Shown: in pieces, positions 43,320 through 53,016 of the stretch | Numbering within the stretch: the first letter of the stretch is position 1 | Layout of the letters: every line of letters begins with the position of its first letter | Origin: Thermoanaerobaculia bacterium | Lineage (GTDB): Bacteria; Acidobacteriota; Thermoanaerobaculia; Gp7-AA8 | Assembly: GCA_017883235.1 (NCBI GenBank) | Contig: JADGNY010000007.1 | Location: forward strand, 17,546 to 81,545 | Length of the DNA: 64,000 nucleotides | Direction of reading: 5' to 3' | Notes under the pieces: model-generated | The model's database searches: none | Told to the model about the DNA's origin: nothing | What the model saw: the letters and a program-made list of their open reading frames with translations, nothing else | Translations under genes and position numbers: made by a program

Positions 43320-44873
43320 CTATGTGTACTTCTTGATGATGGTTTGCACATCGGCCTGGTAGAAAAAGTTTGTGTGCATAACGACCGATTGCGCGGTGCT
43401 GCTCGATCCGAAGCGATAGTTGTTCACGTTCGCCACCGGAAGCCACTGATCGAACACTTCGGCACCGGTGAACGGCACCACCATGTCGTTCGCCGTCCCA
43501 AAGATCTGGTTCACGTTCCAGTCGAGGTACTCCTTCAGGAGTCCTTGCGTCGCGTCGTAATTCGCATGAAGGACCACGAGCTGTCTGATGTTGGTCATCG
43601 TCGGCCCATTGAGGCCGGCGAGAAACGTGTTGACTGCCGGGTCGGGGTTGAGCGCGAGGATGCTCGGAAGTTTCACAGCGCCGTGTGCCAGGACGCGAAG
43701 GAGTCCCACGATGACGCGCAGCACGACGCCGGCCTGCCCGAGAAGCGGAATCGAGCCGATGGCCGAATAGATGTTGAGGAGCCGGTTCACGTTCTCAAAG
43801 CGTGCGAGCTGCGATCCTTGATTCGCGCCGGCGACGAAAATCGCCGTTCCGACGGATTGAATCTTCTGCTTGGCAAGGGCGTGAAGCGAATTGTCCTCGA
43901 ACATCGCGCGAGTGACCAGTCCGCCGCGGCTATGGCAGATCATGTCGACGTCGAGGTTGTCCGGCAAACGCGTGAGGATGTCGTTCGCGTTCTCGAGCGG
44001 TGTCTTCGAGACCGTGTAATGATCCCAGCCGATGATGTTCGCGTACTTCGTCCGAAGATACGTGAGCAGCGGATGGCCGGGCGTGCCGAAAGCAGCGAAT
44101 GCGCCGGTCGTCGAGCTGAAGATGCCGTGAGTGAGCAGAAGTGTTTTCCCCTGCAATGCCGAGAGATCACCGAGCACGGGGAAGTTGTGCTCTGGATCGA
44201 AGAGGCGAAACGCCTCCGTCTTCGCTTTCGCTTCGACCTCCCGCGCGATCCAGGCGATGATGCGCTCGACGGCACCATCGATGAGATCCTGCACGATGTC
44301 GGTGACGAGCTTGAAGCGGAAGAATCGCATCACCGCGCCAGCGAACGATGACGCGCTGAATCCCGCCGGCGAGACACCGACCATTGACGTCAGCGCGGAC
44401 TGCGGCACATGAAATCGTAACGGAGCGGCTGCTGGCTCGGCGGCGAGTCCCACGACGTCCGGCGTGTTTCCGGGCGCGGCTGCGCCGGCGTTCACCGGAA
44501 CGAACCACTGGACGACATCGCCGTTTCGAACCATGAGCAAAAGACCTTCGCCCGGTTCGGGTGTCGCCTCGAGCTCGACATGCGCGTCATCCGATCCTGG
44601 CGCGCTCAACGTTGCCACCGGCGCGCCGGCTATGCCGAGCGGCGCCGCCATCGGCGTGACCTGCATCGTCTGGAACGCCGGCGCGAGCTCGTTCGCTGTG
44701 ATGGCGTCGTCCCATACCCCCTCACCGGGCGTGAACGCTTCCGCCGACAGGCTGGGTGGCGCCTCAACGGTTTCAAAGAGCAGCGGCACACCGGGAGCGT
44801 TGACCGTGATCGCACTCCCGTCATCGAAGCGAAGGGTTTGCGGCGCGATTACACCGGTAGTGATGGATGCCAC
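43320..44873 (-). CDS. Hypothetical protein with a C-terminal alpha/beta-hydrolase (lipase/esterase-like) domain
   Basis: LLLTHGIFSS... and a DMICHSRGGLVTR nucleophile-elbow-like motif. The N-terminal ~230 aa are unassigned. Lies 9 nt upstream of the M4 gene. Confidence 0.55.
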   Translation of the reverse strand: MASITTGVIAPQTLRFDDGSAITVNAPGVPLLFETVEAPPSLSAEAFTPGEGVWDDAITANELAPAFQTMQVTPMAAPLGIAGAPVATLSAPGSDDAHVELEATPEPGEGLLLMVRNGDVVQWFVPVNAGAAAPGNTPDVVGLAAEPAAAPLRFHVPQSALTSMVGVSPAGFSASSFAGAVMRFFRFKLVTDIVQDLIDGAVERIIAWIAREVEAKAKTEAFRLFDPEHNFPVLGDLSALQGKTLLLTHGIFSSTTGAFAAFGTPGHPLLTYLRTKYANIIGWDHYTVSKTPLENANDILTRLPDNLDVDMICHSRGGLVTRAMFEDNSLHALAKQKIQSVGTAIFVAGANQGSQLARFENVNRLLNIYSAIGSIPLLGQAGVVLRVIVGLLRVLAHGAVKLPSILALNPDPAVNTFLAGLNGPTMTNIRQLVVLHANYDATQGLLKEYLDWNVNQIFGTANDMVVPFTGAEVFDQWLPVANVNNYRFGSSSTAQSVVMHTNFFYQADVQTIIKKYT

Positions 44874-45349
44874 GTAGGACCTCCTCTCGTCACGAGATAA
44901 GAGTGACGAAACCGGCGGTTTCCCCTACCGATTGCGTAAACGATTGGTCACAGAGTGGGAAAGCGGCCCGGGGCGTCACTCCTAATTCAGAGAGGTTAGC
45001 TTCGCTCCCAATCATGATCACGGCAGGATTGACCTGCCTCGGCTTTCCCTACGGCACCGCTCTGGGTGTCGCGACCCTTGTCGTTCTCGGTCGGCCGTCG
45101 GTGTCGGCACTCTTTGATCCTCCCTCTGTCCCAGGAAGCACCTCTCCGCACGTCTAACTCGTCGACCGGATGGGGTCAGGTCGAAAGTCGAAAGTGCCGA
45201 TGCCTGCATGGAGTACTTGGTGCAATCTGTCTTTCGGCACTTTCGACTTTCGACCAGACCCCATCCGCGCAACTCGGAAAACGGAACCAGCGAGATAGAA
45301 CCGGAGGAGCCGAGCGGCCCGCACCCTGGCGGAAGATCAGTGGAGGAGT

Positions 45350-47752
45350 TCAGTGCGTCGCCGCCCTCCGGCGAGATTGTTGATACGCGAAAACAGACAC
45401 AGTGCTGATCCTTGCACCGGCGCTGGTCGATGTCTTGAGGCGGAAGACGAAGAGGTCGGCGACGTCAGGGGTGAAGGTTGGATTCTCGACGTCGGTGGAT
45501 GAGAGGTCGGCAGCAGAGCCGGGAGGACGGCGAATCAGCGTCCATTCCCATGCCGTAGCTGCTCTCGGCGCGGTACCGAGCAGGCGCGTGATCCCGGTCA
45601 GGCCCGACGCAGCGTCGACGGTGGCGGCGGCGGCGATCGCCGGCACGCCCTTGATGATCGCGTGGTTGTGGGAATCGGCGACATAGATGTTTCCGCTGCT
45701 GTCGACCGCCACTCCCGAGGCCGAATAAAATTGGGCCGCACTACCGATGCCGTCGGCGTTGCCGAATGAGCCAGCGGTCCCGGCGAACGTCGTCACCACA
45801 CCGGCCGGCGTGATCTTGCGGATCGTATTGGCGTCGGCGACGTAGATATTGCTGCTGCTGTCGGCCGCCACTCCCGTGGGCGAATAGAATTGGGCCGCAC
45901 TGCCGGTGCCATCGGTGCTGCCGAATGAACCAGCGGTCCCGGCGAGCGTCGTCACCGCACCGGTCGGCGTGATCTTGCGGATCATCTGGTTGCCTTCGTC
46001 GGCGACGTAGACATTGCCGCTGCCGTCGACCGCCACTCCGCGGGGGTACTTGAACCGGGCCGCGCTGCTGGTGCCGTCGGCGCTGCCGGACGAATTGGCC
46101 GTTCCGGCCAGCGTCGTCACCACGCCGGCCGGCGTGATCTTGCGGATCGTGTAGTTCCAGGTATCGGCCACGTAGACGTTGCCGCTGCCATCGACCGCCG
46201 CTCCATAGGGCGAATAGAATCGGGCCGCACTGCCGGTGCCATCGGCGCTGCCCCGTGAGCCGGCCGTTCCAGCCAGAGTCGTCACCACCCCGGCCGGCGT
46301 GATCTTGCGGATCGTGTGGTTGGACGTGTCGGCGACGTAAACGTTGCCGCTGCCGTCCACCGCCACTCCATGAGGGTTATTGAACCTGGCCGCACTGCCA
46401 GCACCATCGGCGTTGCCCCTCGAGCCGGCCGTTCCAGCGAGCGTCGTCACCACGCCGGCGGGCGTGATCTTGCGGATCGTCAGGTTGCCTTCGTCGGCGA
46501 CGTAGCTGTTGCCGCTACCGTCGACCGCCACTCCATAGGGGCTATCGAACCTGGCCGCAGTGCCGGTGCCATCGGCGCTGCCCGGCGAAGCGGCCATTCC
46601 GGCGAGCGTCGTCACACCACCGGCCTGCGCGATCTTGCGGATCGTGTGGTTGGAGGTATCGGCGACGTAGATGTTGCCACTGCCGTCGACCGCCACTCCA
46701 TGGGGGTCATGGAAATAGGCCGCGGTGCCATCGGCGCTGCCCGGCAAACCGGCCCATCCTGCCAGCGTCGTTACCGCGCCCGCCGGCGTGATCTTGCGGA
46801 TCTGGTGGTTGGAGGTATCGGCGACGTAGACGTTGCCGCTGCCGTCGGCCGCCACTCCATTGGGGATAAAGAACCGGGCCGCGCTACCGGTGCCGTTGGC
46901 GCTGCCATACGAACCTGTCATTCCTGCCAGCGTCGTCACGACGCCGGCCGGGGTGATCTTGCGGATCGTGTAGTTCCACGTATCGGCGACGTAGACGTTG
47001 CCGCTGCCGTCGACTGCCACTCCCGCGGGTTGATTGAACCTGGCCGCACTGCCGGTGCCGTCGGCGTCGCCGGACGAACCAGCGCTTCCGGCGAGCGTCG
47101 TCACCACGCCCGACGGCGTAATCTTGCGGATCGTGTCGTTGAATGTATCGGCGACGTAGACGTAGCCGCCGCCGTCGACCGCCACTCCATGGGGGATGAA
47201 GAACCGGGCCGCACTGCCGGTGCCGTCGGCGCTGCCAGACGAAGACGCCTTTCCGGCGAGTGTCGTCACCACGCCCGCCGGCGTGATCTTGCGGATCGCT
47301 TCGTTATCGGAGACATAGACGTTACCGCTGCCATCGACGGCCACTCCAAAGAGGCCGCCGAACCGGGCCGCACTGCCGGTGCCGTCGACGCTGCCGGATG
47401 AACCGGCGGTTCCGGCGAGCGTCGCCACCACACCCGACGGAGTGATCTTCCGGATCGTGTGGTTGGCGGTATCGGCGACATAGACGTTGCCGCTGCGGTC
47501 GATCGCCACCGCTTCCGGCGCATTGAATCGCGCGGCGCTTCCCGCGGCGTCGATGCTGTCGCATCCTCCGGGCGAGCCGGCTAAGTGCGTGAAGGTCAGC
47601 GGCTGGGCGCCAGCCGGCGCGGCGCAGGCGAGAAAAGCCACCAAGCCGGCGAGTTGAACGCACGTGATTGAGAACGCGGCCAGCTTCAGTCCGGCAAGAA
47701 GACGGTGGAGAACGGGCAGGGTCGCCGCTTCCGACTTTCGACAGAGCGTCAT
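45350..47752 (-). CDS. NHL-repeat beta-propeller protein (about 14 repeats) with a C-terminal Ig/PKD-like domain
   Basis: The repeat unit GSADGTGSAARFxxPxGVAVDGSGNVYVADxxNHTIRKITPxGVVTTLAG is iterated. GGGAG Shine-Dalgarno upstream of the ATG. Confidence 0.85.
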   Translation of the reverse strand: MTLCRKSEAATLPVLHRLLAGLKLAAFSITCVQLAGLVAFLACAAPAGAQPLTFTHLAGSPGGCDSIDAAGSAARFNAPEAVAIDRSGNVYVADTANHTIRKITPSGVVATLAGTAGSSGSVDGTGSAARFGGLFGVAVDGSGNVYVSDNEAIRKITPAGVVTTLAGKASSSGSADGTGSAARFFIPHGVAVDGGGYVYVADTFNDTIRKITPSGVVTTLAGSAGSSGDADGTGSAARFNQPAGVAVDGSGNVYVADTWNYTIRKITPAGVVTTLAGMTGSYGSANGTGSAARFFIPNGVAADGSGNVYVADTSNHQIRKITPAGAVTTLAGWAGLPGSADGTAAYFHDPHGVAVDGSGNIYVADTSNHTIRKIAQAGGVTTLAGMAASPGSADGTGTAARFDSPYGVAVDGSGNSYVADEGNLTIRKITPAGVVTTLAGTAGSRGNADGAGSAARFNNPHGVAVDGSGNVYVADTSNHTIRKITPAGVVTTLAGTAGSRGSADGTGSAARFYSPYGAAVDGSGNVYVADTWNYTIRKITPAGVVTTLAGTANSSGSADGTSSAARFKYPRGVAVDGSGNVYVADEGNQMIRKITPTGAVTTLAGTAGSFGSTDGTGSAAQFYSPTGVAADSSSNIYVADANTIRKITPAGVVTTFAGTAGSFGNADGIGSAAQFYSASGVAVDSSGNIYVADSHNHAIIKGVPAIAAAATVDAASGLTGITRLLGTAPRAATAWEWTLIRRPPGSAADLSSTDVENPTFTPDVADLFVFRLKTSTSAGARISTVSVFAYQQSRRRAATH

Positions 47753-47851
47753 ATCCGCGTACTCCCTTCTGACAGGAAACTACACCGGTCGAGTCTCGGT
47801 GTCTGTGACGAACCCGAGGAGAGCTCAGCGGGGCTGGTCGAACTGCCTCGT

Positions 47852-50053
47852 TCAGTGCGTCGCCGCCCTCCGGCGAGATAGTTGATACGCGAGAACCGAC
47901 ACGGTGCTGATCCTGGCGCCGCTACTGGTCGACGCCTTGAGGCGGAAGACGTAGAGGTCGGCAACGTCAGGGGTGAAGGTTGGATTCTCGACGTCGGTGG
48001 ATGAGAGTTCGGCCGTAGAGCCGGGAGGACGGCGAATCAGCGTCCACTCCCACGCGATGGCGGTTCGCGGCGCTGTTCCGAGCACGTGCGTGATGCCGAT
48101 CGCGCCCGACGCAGCGTCGATGGTCGCGGCGGCGTCGATGACCGGCGCGCTCCTTCGGATCGCATTGTTGTCGCCATCGGCGACGTAGATGTTGCCGCCG
48201 CCATCGACAGCCACTCCATGGGGGCCAGAGAACCGGGCTGCACTGCCGGCGCCGTCGGCGCTGCCCCGCGAGCCGGCCGTTCCGGCGAGCGTCGTCACCA
48301 CACCGCCCGGCGTGATCTTGCGGATCGTGTCATTGTACGTTTCGGTGACGTAGACGTTGCCGCTGCCGTCGACCGCCACTCCCGAGGGGTTATGAAACCG
48401 GGCCGCACCGCCTGTGCCGTCGGCGCTGCCATACGAACCGGCCGCCCCGGCGAGCGTCGTCACCACACCGTCCGGCGTGACCTTGCGAATCTCGGAGGAA
48501 TCGGCGACGTAGAGGTTGCCGCCGCCGTCGACCGCCACTCCCGACGGGTAGTTAAACCGGGCCGCGCTGCCGGTGCCGTCGGCGCTGCCATACGAACCTG
48601 GCATTCCTGCCAGCGTCGTCACCACCCCGCCCGGCGTGATCTTGCGGATCGTGTAGATGCCGGAATCGGCGACGTATAGGTTGCCACTGCCATCGACCGC
48701 CACTCCCGAAGGGTCATGAAACCGGGCTGCACTGCCGGTGCCGTTCGCGCCGCCGACCGAACCGGCCTTTCCGGCGAGCGTCGTCACCGCGCCACCTGGC
48801 GTGACCCTGCGGACCGTATGGTTGAGAGTGTCGGCGACGTAGACGTTGCTGCTGCCGTCGACCGCCACTCCAAAGGGGCGGAAGAACCGGGCCGCACTGG
48901 CGGTGCCGTCTGCGCTGCCCGGCGAAGCCATCGCTCCCGCGAACGTCGTTACGACACCGTCCGGCGTGATCTTGCGGATGGCGTCGTTCTCCGTATCGGC
49001 GACGTAGACGTTGCCGCTGCCGTCGACCGCCACTCCTGAGGGGTAGGAGAATCCGGCCTTGCTGCCGGTGCCGTCGACGCTGCCGGCCCATAAAGGCGAT
49101 CCGGCGAGCGTCGTGTCGACACCACCCGGCGTGATTTTGTGGATCGTACCGTCTCGATCAGCGACGTAGACGTTGCCGCCGCCATCGACCGCCACTCCAA
49201 ACGGGTCACCGAACCCGGCTGCGAGCGTCGTCACCACTCCGTCCGGCGTGATCTTGCGGATCGTGTGGTTCAACGTATCGGCGACATAGACATTGCCGCC
49301 GCCGTCGACCGCCACTCCCTGGGGAGACGAGAACCGGGCCGCGCTGCCGGTGCCGTCGGCGCTGCCCAACGAAAAGGGCGCTCCGGCGAGCGTGGTCACC
49401 ACACCGCCCGGCGTGATCTTGCGAATCTCGCAGAAATCGGCGACGTAGACGTTGCCGCCGCCGTCGACCGCCACTCCCTGTGTGCCCTCGAACCGGGCCG
49501 CACTGCCGGTGCCGTCGGCGCTGCCGAGCGAACCGGCCTTTCCGGCGAACGTCGTGACCACTCCGCCCGGCGTGATCTTGCGGATCGTGTAGTTGCCTGT
49601 ATCGGCGACGTAGACGTTGCCGCTGCCGTCGACCGCCACTCCCGAAGGGTTGTTAAACCGGGCCGCACTGCGGGTGCCGTCGGCGCTGCCGGACGAACCG
49701 GTCTTTCCGGCGAGCGTCGTCACCGCGCCGCCTGGCGTGATTTTGCGGATCGTGTAGTTGCCGGTATCGGCGACGTAGACGTTGCCGCTGCCGTCGATCG
49801 CCACTCCCTGCGGCGAATAGAAACGCGCGTCACTTCCCGAGGCGTCGACGCTGTCGGCTCCTCCGGGCGAGCCGGCAAAGTGCGTGAAGGTCAACGACTG
49901 GGCACGGGCTCCTGCAGCGAATGCGAGAACGGCCACCAATCCGGCGAGTTGAACGCGCGTGATTGAGAACGCGGCCGGCTTCAGTCCGGCGAAAAGACGG
50001 CTGAGGACGAGCGGGGTTGTCGCCGCCAACGTTCGACAGAGCCTCATATCCAC
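47852..50053 (-). CDS. NHL-repeat beta-propeller protein, tandem paralogue
   Basis: Same repeat unit, same C-terminal domain ending SRRRAATH, and the same conserved 5' leader. Confidence 0.85.
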   Translation of the reverse strand: MDMRLCRTLAATTPLVLSRLFAGLKPAAFSITRVQLAGLVAVLAFAAGARAQSLTFTHFAGSPGGADSVDASGSDARFYSPQGVAIDGSGNVYVADTGNYTIRKITPGGAVTTLAGKTGSSGSADGTRSAARFNNPSGVAVDGSGNVYVADTGNYTIRKITPGGVVTTFAGKAGSLGSADGTGSAARFEGTQGVAVDGGGNVYVADFCEIRKITPGGVVTTLAGAPFSLGSADGTGSAARFSSPQGVAVDGGGNVYVADTLNHTIRKITPDGVVTTLAAGFGDPFGVAVDGGGNVYVADRDGTIHKITPGGVDTTLAGSPLWAGSVDGTGSKAGFSYPSGVAVDGSGNVYVADTENDAIRKITPDGVVTTFAGAMASPGSADGTASAARFFRPFGVAVDGSSNVYVADTLNHTVRRVTPGGAVTTLAGKAGSVGGANGTGSAARFHDPSGVAVDGSGNLYVADSGIYTIRKITPGGVVTTLAGMPGSYGSADGTGSAARFNYPSGVAVDGGGNLYVADSSEIRKVTPDGVVTTLAGAAGSYGSADGTGGAARFHNPSGVAVDGSGNVYVTETYNDTIRKITPGGVVTTLAGTAGSRGSADGAGSAARFSGPHGVAVDGGGNIYVADGDNNAIRRSAPVIDAAATIDAASGAIGITHVLGTAPRTAIAWEWTLIRRPPGSTAELSSTDVENPTFTPDVADLYVFRLKASTSSGARISTVSVLAYQLSRRRAATH

Positions 50054-50607
50054 GTTCTCCCTGCTGACAGGAAACTACACCGGTCGGAGTCTCGGCGTCT
50101 GTGACGTACCCAAGGGTTCAGCAGGCCGCAACAGCGATCGACCGCAGTTTGCAGCGTCTTGTCGCAATCGAGCCGGCCGGGCCTCGGAAAGCCCAGCCAG
50201 GCCGCTACCATTCGCTCCGCTCCACCGTGTCTGTGGCGGATCTGCTCCTCCTCGGTTCCAAACGCCGTGGCCACAGTCGCCACCACTTTCGCCATTCCCG
50301 GTCGCCCGATCTCGCGCTGAGCCCGCGGATGATCGTCGCTCCGCAGCGGGCCGCCTTCGATCCGCTCGCGCAGCCTTTCCGTCCACGCCACGCTGCCGAG
50401 GTAGATCCGGCCCACCAGATTGTCCCGGAGCGAACGGCGGTCGGCCAACTTCTCATCGACAAACGCGCGGGATAGCGCCTGAGCCTCCCCGCGATCCGCC
50501 GAGAACTGGCCGAGCAGCCAGCCCGTCTCCAGCCACGGCGGGGCCGTCTCGTACCCGGCCGTGGCGCAGTAGCTACTCCAGCGATAGGCCTCGGGGCGCG
50601 CGACCAT
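50044..50607 (-). pseudogene. Y1 (IS200/REP-associated-type) transposase, C-terminal fragment
   Basis: Begins at ARPEAYRWSSY (the motif around the catalytic Tyr region, from memory) and continues into a DnaA-C-like HTH tail. The N-terminal HUH part is absent. Confidence 0.5.
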
Positions 50608-50679
50608 TCCCGCACGTGGCGTTTGGCGGGGCGCTCAGTCTGTTGATTCCCAACGAAGTGGTGCTCTTGGAATGCTGTC

Positions 50680-51105
50680 TTAATGGAAGGAGTACTTGTG
50701 AACGCCAGTCACTTGTTCTAGCCGCTGGTTCGCAAACTGACGCAGTAACAAGGCTTCCTTCTCGTTCGTAACAATCTGTTCCAGCGTTGTGCGGTCAGTA
50801 AGCTGCCCGACCGCAGTGAAACGAACCTCAGGGATCTTATGTTCAGTCGCGATATGTGCTAATGCAACTTGATCAGTGAGCCGTACAACAGCGGCTTCGC
50901 GAACAAGTTCATCCTGATCCTCAAAAACCACTCTCGCCAGTAAGGCCTGATCGCTTAGTTTTTCTACTGCGGCTTTGCGAACCTTTGGATCTTTGTCTTT
51001 GATTCCTGACGTACACGCCAGGACTGTACATAGTAGCAATATAAGTGCAGGTAAGGCGGCCATCGCCCTGGAAGCCTGCGTCAATGTTGTGCGAACGATC
51101 TTCAT
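50680..51105 (-). CDS. HEAT-like repeat lipoprotein
   Basis: Start at MKIVRTT...LLLCTVLAC with GGAGGA upstream. Has repeats VRKAAVEKLSDQALLA / VREAAVVRLTDQVALA / VRFTAVGQLTDRTTLE. G+C looks lower by eye. Confidence 0.55.
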   Translation of the reverse strand: MKIVRTTLTQASRAMAALPALILLLCTVLACTSGIKDKDPKVRKAAVEKLSDQALLARVVFEDQDELVREAAVVRLTDQVALAHIATEHKIPEVRFTAVGQLTDRTTLEQIVTNEKEALLLRQFANQRLEQVTGVHKYSFH

Positions 51106-51299
51106 GCAATCCTCCGAATCTGAATGAACATCTATTAGCCCATCGAACGCACGTGCAAAAGAGCAGAGATCACCTTCGAGCGTGATGACCAGGTCGGCCC
51201 CCCCAAGGTTCAACCTTAGAACCTTGGGGTCTAGATCTAGAGCTTCTGATCTCGGATCGCGATGACCTTGCTCGCGCTCGCGCGCGGTGTTAGGCGATG

Positions 51300-51757
51300 T
51301 CAAGGGTGGGATATCCGGAAGAAATCGTCGAGTTTGAGAGAAGAGCGAAGGTCTGGCCCCAGCCCCGTGATTTCGGCCCCGTGATTCCCTGTCGAGGTCA
51401 GCGAGGTCAGCGGATCAGCGTTCAATGCGTCGCTGCCCTCCGGCGAGATAGTTGATACGCGAAAACGGACACGGGTGCTGATCCTTGCGCCGCCGCTGGT
51501 CGATGTCTTGAGGCGGAAGACGAAGAGGTCGGCAGCGTCAGGAGTGAACGTTGGATTCTCGACGGAGCTGGAGGAGAGCTTGGCGGTAGAACCGGGAGGG
51601 CGGCGAATCAGCGTCCATTCCCACGCCGTGGCGGTTCTCGGTGCGGTATCGAGCAAGCGCGTGATGCCGATCGGGCCCGACACCGCGTCGATGGTGGCGG
51701 CGGCGTCGATCGCCGGCACGCTCTTTCGGATCGCGTGGTTGTTCGTATCGGCGACAG
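51300..51757 (-). pseudogene. Decayed C-terminal fragment of a third NHL-repeat paralogue
   Basis: ...VADTNNHAIRKSVPAIDAAATID... is collinear with the two intact genes. A 1-nt insertion near the 3' end abolishes the normal AATH stop. The 5' end is cut at the 51767 hairpin. Confidence 0.7.
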
Positions 51758-51766
51758 GGTAGGTCT

Positions 51767-51831
51767 GGGGGTCGTATCTGGAAAATCAACTTAACAAGGT
51801 TCGTCAAGTTGATTTTCCAGATACGACCCCC
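51767..51831. repeat. Perfect 26-bp inverted repeat with 13-nt spacer
   Basis: GGGGGTCGTATCTGGAAAATCAACTT - AACAAGGTTCGTC - AAGTTGATTTTCCAGATACGACCCCC. Confidence 0.9.
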
Positions 51832-51990
51832 AACTTCCCCCGATTTCAGATCCTCCACCCCAGCGGCGTCTTCGGGCGCGTACGATGGTATACGGATGAC
51901 TGCATCGTCGTCTCCTTAGGTGTCGTGCACTAGACGGACGTGCCGGGACCGCGGACAAACTTGATGTCGCCCGGGAACAAGGAGCAAGGC

Positions 51991-53016
51991 TTGGCTCTAT
52001 CCATCTCAGCACTCGACCTCGTTCCGCTCGGCCAGGGAGGCACGAGCGTCGCGGCGCTCCGCAACGCCGCCGAGCTTGCGCGGGCGGTCGATCGCCTCGG
52101 CTACACGCGGCTGTGGTACGCCGAGCACCACAACATGCCGGGGATCGCCACCACAACCCCTGAGATCCTCATCGCGTACGTCGGCTCGATGACGACGCGG
52201 ATCCGGCTCGGCGCGGGCGGCGTCATGCTTCCGAACCACTCGCCGCTCAAGGTGGCCGAGTCGTACAAGCTTCTGGAGGCGATCTATCCGGGCCGGATCG
52301 ATCTCGGCATCGGCCGCGCGCCGGGCACCGACGGCTTGACGGCGCTCGCGCTCCGCCGCTCGCGGGAGGCCCTCGTCGCGGATGACTTCCTCAATCAGCT
52401 CGGTGAACTCATCGCGTGGGGGAATGGGTCGTTTCCGGCAGATCATCCGTTCCGAGCCATCCTGGCGATGCCGGACGACAGGCCGCTGCCGCCGCTCTAC
52501 ATCCTCGGGTCAAGCGACTACGGCGCGAAGCTGGCCGCCGAGATGGGGGTCGGATTCGCCTTCGCGGGACATTTCAGTCAGGACTCGCCCGACCCTCCGA
52601 TGCATGCCTACCGCACCGGGTTCTCCACGAACGGCGTGCTCGACAAACCGCACGCCATCCTCGCGCTCTCGGTCTACTGCGCCGACACCGAGCAGGCAGC
52701 GCAGCGACTGGCCTCATCCGTGCTGCTCTCGTTTGTCCAGCTCCGGACCGGACGCCCCGGCCGGATGCCGAGCCCGGAAGATGCGATGGCCCACGTCTTC
52801 ACGCCGGAGGAGCAGCCGCTCGTCGCGGCTTACAGGAGACTGCAGATCGTCGGCACGCCCGACCAGGTCCGCGCTCGCATCGAGGAGATCGCAACGCGGA
52901 CGCGGGCTGACGAGGTGATGATCGCCACCCACGCCTACGACCCGGCGGCACGCGTTCGATCGTACGAGCTGGTGGCACAGGTCTTCGGCCTGCCGGAGAC
53001 ATCGATGACGGCTTGA
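51991..53016 (+). CDS. LLM-class flavin-dependent (luciferase-like) oxidoreductase
   Basis: ALSISALDLVPL..., YTRLWYAEHHN motifs. Favoured start is the TTG at 51991 (AAGGAG 6 nt upstream). The track ORF starts at 51940. Confidence 0.85.
   Translation: MALSISALDLVPLGQGGTSVAALRNAAELARAVDRLGYTRLWYAEHHNMPGIATTTPEILIAYVGSMTTRIRLGAGGVMLPNHSPLKVAESYKLLEAIYPGRIDLGIGRAPGTDGLTALALRRSREALVADDFLNQLGELIAWGNGSFPADHPFRAILAMPDDRPLPPLYILGSSDYGAKLAAEMGVGFAFAGHFSQDSPDPPMHAYRTGFSTNGVLDKPHAILALSVYCADTEQAAQRLASSVLLSFVQLRTGRPGRMPSPEDAMAHVFTPEEQPLVAAYRRLQIVGTPDQVRARIEEIATRTRADEVMIATHAYDPAARVRSYELVAQVFGLPETSMTA

Noticed and set aside
45350-51757. A possible diversity-generating retroelement. Three near-identical ~350-bp copies of the NHL C-terminal domain could be VR/TR pairs.
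   Set aside because: The differences between copies are spread over all four bases rather than being adenine-specific. No reverse transcriptase or accessory gene is present. The third copy is simply a frameshifted, truncated paralogue.
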